Shown here: positions 56,621 to 64,000 of the stretch, piece after piece
Numbering within the stretch: position 1 is the stretch's first letter
Layout: the number at the start of each line of letters is the position of its first letter
Assembly (NCBI GenBank): GCA_965153355.1
Contig: OZ231126.1
Span: 6,510,001 to 6,574,000, forward strand
Reading direction: 5' to 3'
DNA length: 64,000 bases
DNA from: Flaccisagitta enflata
Lineage: Eukaryota
Made by a program: the position numbers and the translations under genes
The notes under the pieces: model-generated
The model's input: the letters and a program-made list of their open reading frames with translations, nothing else
What the model was told of the DNA's origin: nothing
Databases searched by the model: none

Positions 56621-56928
56621 AAATACAAAGACAAAGACAACTGCAGCATCAAAAATGCGCATTCCCACACTTTTCAACTCGATCATGACGGACGTAAGGA
56701 TGGACGGATGGAAAGATGGACGGACGGAATGGGGGATAGACGGAGAGAAGAAAGAGTGAAAGTAATGTTGAAAGAAGGAAAAGAGAGGAATTTGAAAGAT
56801 AACAAGAAATAGGTATTGAAAAGTAACAAGGCTGGATAAACGGCTACACCAGTCGCTTTCAGGTGGGCAGGGGAAGTATTTCAGTGAGTAGAGCATTTGA
56901 TCAGTAACGGTATGGCGACAGACGGAAG

Positions 56929-57027
<99 letters not shown>

Positions 57028-57381
57028 CGTGTTGTTAAGTGTGCATATCACCCTGTCGTATCTTGATGAAAAGCGTCATCAGGGCTAACTTTGGGGGGTC
57101 AAAAATCAAAATTGAGATTTTGGCGTTAATTTTTTTTTTAATGGCAAGGTAACACGTGAACTAAGACCAAACAAATGATTTTTAACTTTATTTCCGACTA
57201 ACGCGGCGCTACGAGCTCCACTAAGTCAAAAATCGACGTTTTTGGGAGGTTGAAATTTTGACCTTTTTCGTCGTGAACTGCTGTTACAAAATCGATCGCT
57301 GTGGCTCTAAAAACTGCATTTTGGACATGCGGATTTTTTTGCTGGCTCGGTCTTGAGCAGCTCTACTGGTATCTGAAAAAA

Positions 57382-57524
57382 CAAGGCTGTATACACGGCA
57401 GCATTAGTCGCGGACGGGTGGGCAGGAGCGGAAAACCTCGAAAAGTGACTTTGTTACCGACGGACCGACGGACCGACGGACCAACGGACCGAAAAGTGGC
57501 TTATAGAGTCGCGTGTCCGCGACT
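57382..57524 (-). mobile_element. HINE-like copy
   Basis: CAAGGCTGTATACACGGC..AGTCGCGGAC..(GACC/GACG)n..TATAGAGTCGCGTGTCCGCGACTAAAA. Confidence 0.8.
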
Positions 57525-59349
57525 AAAAATCCCATAAAATGTAGTATCCTAGCCGCGTTAAACAAAAAAGTACACTTTTTCACTTTTTTTAACACAAAAT
57601 ACGCACAAAGATGGACCTGAAACCCATATTACCCCAGAAAACCCCATGAATTTTTTTTCACAATTTGATAGCCCTATTAGGGTAGTTTCCAGGACCACTG
57701 TCAAAATACTCGGACTCGGGCGGGCTTTTAGTCGTTTTTGACCAGATTTGCCAGAAAATCAAAAATGACAAAAATGACAAAAATCAAATTTGAATATCTA
57801 CAACCAAAATTTAGCTGACGCCATAAATTTTTAGGGGAACACCTACCCTGACATGGTGTTTCTAAAACCAACAGTTGAAATTTTTTTTTAATATGCATAC
57901 CAGCCCAACTGACCTATCACTTAAAAATTGAAAAAACATATTTTTTTTTGGCTGTTTTGCTCTTATTGTCTCCAAATTTTGCATGAGGGTTGTCACTGAC
58001 CCTAGAAACTATTTGCATATGCTATAGCTGATCGAATCGATGATACTCGCCAAAATACTATACACAAAAAAAACATGATTTTGGGTGAAATTATCCAAAA
58101 TTTTTGGAAAAGTCAAAAATGGTCAATTATCAGTTCAGTTATTTCCATATTGTAAACAAAACAAAAAAACAAAAAAATTCATCTCAAATTTTTTTGTTTA
58201 CAGCACTTTTTAGGTGAAAAAAGCTTATTTTTAGCATTTTTTTGGTAAAAAATTGTTTATGCAGCTTCAAAAATCTCCATTAATCCTGGAAATGTGTGGC
58301 AATAGTCTGGATATACACATTTTTACCTGTAACAACAAGTTTTTTTTACATATTTTTTAGATAAGAGCTTAAAAATAGCCTAAAAATAGCAAAATATTGC
58401 TTTTTTCAGCGTTTTTAAGTTTTTTCATGTTAATGAAGCATAAAAACTAAAAAAAAGTTCTAGAAATGTATAGTATTAGTCCGAGTATAAATACTTATGC
58501 CCTGAATAACCAGTTATTCATGATAGTTTTGGGTTTAAAGCCTAAAAATAGCTTAAGAAGAACAAAATATGGCTTTTTTTAGCATTTTTGAGCAAAAAAT
58601 AGTTTGTGCAGCTGTATTTATCCAGAAAAAATCCTTATAATGTGTAGTTATAGTTTGAGTAAAGATACTTTTACCCAGAACAACCAGTTGTTGGGGATTT
58701 TTTAAAGTTTAAAGATCAAAAATGCTGAAAAAACCATATTTTATCATTTCTAAGCTATTTTTAAGCTCTAATTTGTATGTTATTTCAAAAAACATGTTGT
58801 GAAGGGTTAAAATGTGTATATTCAAACTATTGCCTCACATTTTCAGTATTAATTAGAATTTTCAAAGCTCAAAAAAAAATTTTAAGCCAAAAAAAATGTT
58901 AAAAATAACTTTTTTCTACCAAGAGAGTTATATAAATGAAAAAATTTAAGATAAATTTATTTGTTTTTTTGTTTTTTTAGTATCCCACATGACACAGTGG
59001 CAAAAACGGTCTTTTCATACCTCTTGGGGGCGTATCCAGAGAGGTGTGATAATCCAATACAATTAATTTTCATTATTGGAAAAAACTAGTCTATGTAGCT
59101 AGTGTTACAATTTTGTCGCGGATGAATGGGCAAGGGCTTCCAAATTCCCCCCCCCCCCACTCATACACCTCTTCAACAATTGTTTTTCCACTTTCCGACT
59201 TACTCACAAACCAGCAGACTGACTGACTAACAGATGAACCAACGGACGGACACAGCCTCTTATAGATTCGTGAATCCGCGACAAGAAACGTACAAGTTTG
59301 AAAATAGAATGGAATGGATCAGGTAGTAGGTGAATGAGACAAAAGTAAG

Positions 59350-60528
59350 AAAGTGTGAAAATAGTCATATTTACGGCATTTTACGGCAAAAAATGACACT
59401 GAATGACAACAGCTTCACTCGATTTTTGGTAAGAATTTGTCCCAGATCCAAACTATTAGTGTTTGACCCTTTGCTACCTATTAGAGCTGTTTTAAAACAT
59501 TTACAACTTAAGAAAGTGTGAAAATAGCCATTTTTACGGCATTTTACGGCGAAAAATGACACTGAATGACAACGGCTCCACTCAATTTTTGGCAAGAGTA
59601 TGTCCCAGAGCCAAACCATCAGTGTTTGACCCTTTGCCACCCATTACAGCTGTTTTAAAACATTAAAGACCTAAAAAGTGTGAAAATAGCCATTTTTACG
59701 GCAAGAAATGACACTACATGACAACGGGTCCACTCAATATTTGGCATAAGTATGTCCCAGAGCCAAACCATTTGTTTGACCCTTGGCCGCCTATTACAGC
59801 TGCTTTAAAACATGAACAACTTAAAAAAAGTGTGAAAATAGCCATTTTTACGGCATTTTACGTCAAAAAAATGACACTGAACGTCAATGGCTTCACTCGA
59901 TTTTTGGTAAGAATTTGTCTCAGAGCCAAACTATTATTGTTTGACCCTTTGCTTCCTATTAGAGCTGTTTTAAAACATTTAAGACTAAAAAAAGTGTGAA
60001 AATAACCATTTTTACGGCATTTTACGGCAAAAAATGACACTGAATGATGACAGCTCCACTCGATTTTTGGCAAGAGTATGTTCCAGAGCCAAACCATTAG
60101 TATTTGACCCTTTTCCACCTATTACAGCTGTTTTTAAACAATAACAACTTATGAAAGTGTGAAAATAGCCATTTTTACGGCATTTTACGGCAAAAGATGA
60201 CACTGAATGATGATGGCTCCACTCAATTTTTGGTAAGAGTATGTCCGAGCGCCAAACCATTAGTGTTTTACCCATTGCCACCTTATACAGCTGTTTTAAA
60301 ACAATAACGACCTAAAAAAGTGTGAAAATAGCCATTTTTACGGCTTTTTACGGCAAAAAAAGACGCTGAATGATGACGGTTTCACTCGATCTTTGGTATG
60401 AGTATATCTCAGAGCCACACAGTTACTGTATGACCGTTCGCCAACCATAACACCTTTTTTTTAACATCATCAACCTGAAAACTGGCAAAAATGTCATTAT
60501 TACGTAATTTTACGGCATTTTACGGCAC
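59350..60528. repeat. ~163-bp satellite (~7 diverged copies)
   Basis: AAGTGTGAAAATA recurs at 59351, 59514, 59676, 59828, 59992, 60155, 60318. Confidence 0.92.
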
Positions 60529-61122
60529 TGCGTCGTCAATTCTTTACCGAAAGTGCTCTATAACTTTTTTTGACTTCTATGCAATACATATGATTGGTTT
60601 AAGGCAAAAAATTTTGATATTTGTGACTTTTGCCAAATTGCTTAGGGGTGACATACATAAGACACTGTGCATATCTTGTTTTCATAAAAATTCATCCTTT
60701 CGTTTAACTTTATTTCTCTGAAATTGACGCTGCGTTTGTTTCTTTCTTTGTTTTCAACTTTCCTTCTTTCTATCTTTATCTTTATCTCTATAGCCCGCTA
60801 TTTCGTTCCGATTGTTCTCTGGTAACGGGCTGTTTTTTCATCACTGCCCCTGCTAAAATGTTTGGTTGGATTTTTTTATCACCGCCCCTGCCCACCTGCA
60901 CGCGACTTGGGCAGACATTTATCCGGCCCTATTCAAATTTCTGTGTGAATGTCTGTCTGTTCAACAGCTTTTTTTCTTCCTGGGTTTGCGTACATGCGTG
61001 TCTCTCTTCTCCTTGGTTTGTCTGCCAATCTGTCTGTCTTTGTGTCTTATTGTCTGTCTGGAAGTTTTCCTGTCTGCCCGCCTGTTTGTCTGTCCTTCTT
61101 GTCTCTCAGTCTTTCTGCGTGT

Positions 61123-61316
<194 letters not shown>

Positions 61317-61611
61317 TAGTAATTCCAGTTAAGGCACGTTTTCCAATCGTTGGCATTGATTGACTTTGGCGCCTAGACTCAGCGTTGGGCATGCTTAAGG
61401 CATGATTGAAGTAAACCTAAATTAAAGCATGATTGAAGAATGTCCAAAGCATGATTGAAGTATACCAAAATTAAAGCATGATTGAAGAATGCCCAGAGCA
61501 TGATTGAAGTATGCCTTAGGTATGATAGATATCAAAAGATGATTTAAGTTGCCTTGATACATGACTGAAGTTTGGGTAAGTCAGAACATGAATATACTAC
61601 GCGTGTTAAAA

Positions 61612-62161
61612 CAAGGCCGGATACACGGGCCAAGACGGTGCGCCGGGCGTTATTAATTCCTAGAGCTATTCCTGGCTCCATCAGACCTATCTCTAGCTCT
61701 AATAGACCTATCCCTAGCTCTATCAGACCTATCCCGAGTTCTATCAGGCCTGTCCCGAGCTCTATCAGACCTATCCCAAGCTCAATCAGACCTATCCCAA
61801 GCTCTATCAGACCTGTCCCCTAACCTATCCGACCTATCACCAGACCTATCCGACCTATCCCCAGCTCAATCAGACCTAACCGTAGCTGATTTTTTGTGTG
61901 AATGAAATGTCGAGTATCACCAATAATGAAGAAAATGAGTTTTCAATAGATTTCAAATATTTTCAGCGATTTTTCATTCGAGCGTGACCGACGGATGGAA
62001 AGACAGACAGAGCCTCTTAAAGAGGTGCTATGGCGCATCTAGGAATCATCCTAGCATATTTCCGAATCATTTCCATTCATTTTTGCTTCTTTTCGAGATT
62101 TTCAACTCGAGCATGACCAACCAACAGACTGAGCGAGTTATAGAGGTGCTATGGCGTACCT
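61612..62161 (-). mobile_element. Composite HINE, inverted homologue of 48318-49036
   Basis: CAAGGCCGGATACACGGGCCAAGACGGTGCGCCG..(CTATCAGACCTATCCC)n..GAGGTGCTATGGCGTACCT. Confidence 0.85.
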
Positions 62162-62166
62162 AAAAA

Positions 62167-62571
62167 CAAGGCCAACACCTTACAGTCGCGTGTGGTTGTT
62201 AAGACCTTAAGACCAAATGACTTAAAGACTAAAAGACTAAAAGACTAAAAGTCTATAAGACTAAAAGACTAAAAGACTAAAAGACTAAAAGACTAAATGA
62301 CTAAATGACTAAATGACTAAATGACTAAATGACTAAAAGACTAAAAGACTAAAAGACTAAAAGACTAAAAGACTAAAAGACTAAAAGACTAAAAGACTAA
62401 AAGACTAAAAGACTAAAAGACCAAAAGACTAAAACACTGAATGTAAATTGCCTTGAAATAACTCAAAATGACTTTAAATGACGGAAAATGATGAAAACAA
62501 GCTATGCTTACCAACGAACCGACCGACCAACAGACGGACAGAGTAGGTCATAGAGTCGCGTACACGCGACT
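62167..62571 (-). mobile_element. HINE with internal (AAAGACTA)n array
   Basis: CAAGGCCAACACC..AGTCGCGTG..(AAAAGACT)n..TAGAGTCGCGTACACGCGACTAAAA. Confidence 0.8.
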
Positions 62572-63318
62572 AAAAAAAGACGGACCTTTCTTTTCATTGA
62601 CTTTCTAATCACCAAAGCAGGGCCAGGGAATTTCTAGCTATTCTTACATTGAGCCTCTCCCGTCCCGTCCGATGGTGAGATTTGATAATCAGTATCTTTG
62701 TTTGCACTATCGCTCATCACCAAAAACTGTATCATCTTTCATGATATTCCCCCTGCTCTGTTATCTCAATCCCGTCACTTTGTCTGTCCAATTGTCCACT
62801 CCGCCCTCATTTTCTTTCGTCCTGCCGCAGCCACTCTGTCCCTCCCCCCTAAGCTCCCCAGCTAAAACTCCTCCCCTCGCAACTCTCTGTCTGGTGCCCC
62901 CTCCTCTCGCCCCAGCCCCAGCCCTCTCTCTACCTCTAAATGTCCCCTACATAGGCTCCGGTCCTTTCAACCCTGTCTCTGTCTGGTGCCTCCTCCTCTC
63001 GTCAAAGCCACTCTCTCTCTACCCCTAACTGACCCTCGCTTGAGCTCCTGCCCCCGCCCCTCTGACTCTGTCTTATGCCCCCTCCTCCTCCTCAACTTTA
63101 TCTACCCATTCCATTTTCTGCCCCCTCAAATCCCCCCCCCCCCTCCCCGCCTGGCTGGTCGGTGGCCATTCTATCTGCCCCCTCCCCTTTCCGCCCCTCA
63201 TCCTTCCCCTAACACCCAGGCCGCAACCCCCCCCCCCGGCCACTCTGTCTCTGTCTGATGCCAGTTGTTGACGTCAGCGTTTTTTTCCGGTTTCGGCGAT
63301 TCGATACTGATTGATGGT

Positions 63319-63408
<90 letters not shown>

Positions 63409-63475
63409 GAGAGAGAACTCGTGTGTGTGTCTCTCTGCCGCACCATTTTGCTCGATTGATTAGAGTTTTTCTTGA

Positions 63476-63750
63476 CCACGTACAGATGTCGCACACGTGA
63501 GCATGTAGTCACGTGAGCACGCACAGATGTCGCACGCGTTAGTACGTAACCACGTGAAAATGTACAGATGTTACACGCGTGAGCACATACCAATGTTGCA
63601 CGCGTGAGCACAAAGTCACGTAACCACGTACAGATGTTGTAGGCGTGAGAACGTAGTCACGTGAGCACATACAGATGTTGCACGCATGAGCATGTACAGA
63701 TGTTGCACGCGTGAGCATGTACAGATGTTGCACGCGTGAGCGTGTACAGA
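63476..63750. repeat. ~25-bp minisatellite
   Basis: GTACAGATGTTGCACGCGTGAGCAT repeated, with interspersed short variants. Confidence 0.8.
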
Positions 63751-64000
63751 GACCGCAATTGTAAGCATGTACTCATGTATTTTTGAGGTCGATATTAGAA
63801 AGATGTCGCATATTCCCGTTGCCCTCATTTTCATTTGCAGTTACATGGTGACATGGTACTGTATTTGAGGTTACATAGCTTAATCTATAAGTGTTAATTC
63901 ATAAGAATGTACTCATCTTCCCACTGATCGCCATCTCACGCTAGCGTTGCTAACGTACACTTCTGTGTTAATAAAAGTCGAATATAAGAATGTTCATGGG

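Overview
Repeat-dense, AT-rich eukaryotic genomic DNA, most likely from an invertebrate metazoan (spliceosomal introns, long (CT)n/(CA)n microsatellites, many minisatellites). Most of the six-frame ORFs are artefacts of simple repeats. Two genes are supported: (i) a minus-strand spliced gene (core exons 34696-34615, 30944-30637, 30343-30137) for a secreted Cys-containing protein with a discoidin/F5-8 type C-like (galactose-binding-like) domain, and (ii) a 1.6-kb plus-strand coding exon (11859-13458) with low-complexity repeats that ends in a hydrophobic segment and a splice donor. The rest is nested non-autonomous DNA elements: a 1.4-kb foldback, TA-flanked MITEs, a hAT-type MITE with an 8-bp TSD, 4-bp-TSD elements, and about 20 DINE-1/Helentron-like (HINE) copies, several carrying internal tandem arrays. 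The standout is a near-identical 319-bp tandem array (54420-56620, 6.9 copies) in which every monomer carries a motif that folds by hand as a type-P5 twister self-cleaving ribozyme with a short palindromic P1. This is a candidate twister 'retrozyme'/circular-RNA element inserted into a HINE. The ribozyme call comes from manual folding only and has not been computed or tested.
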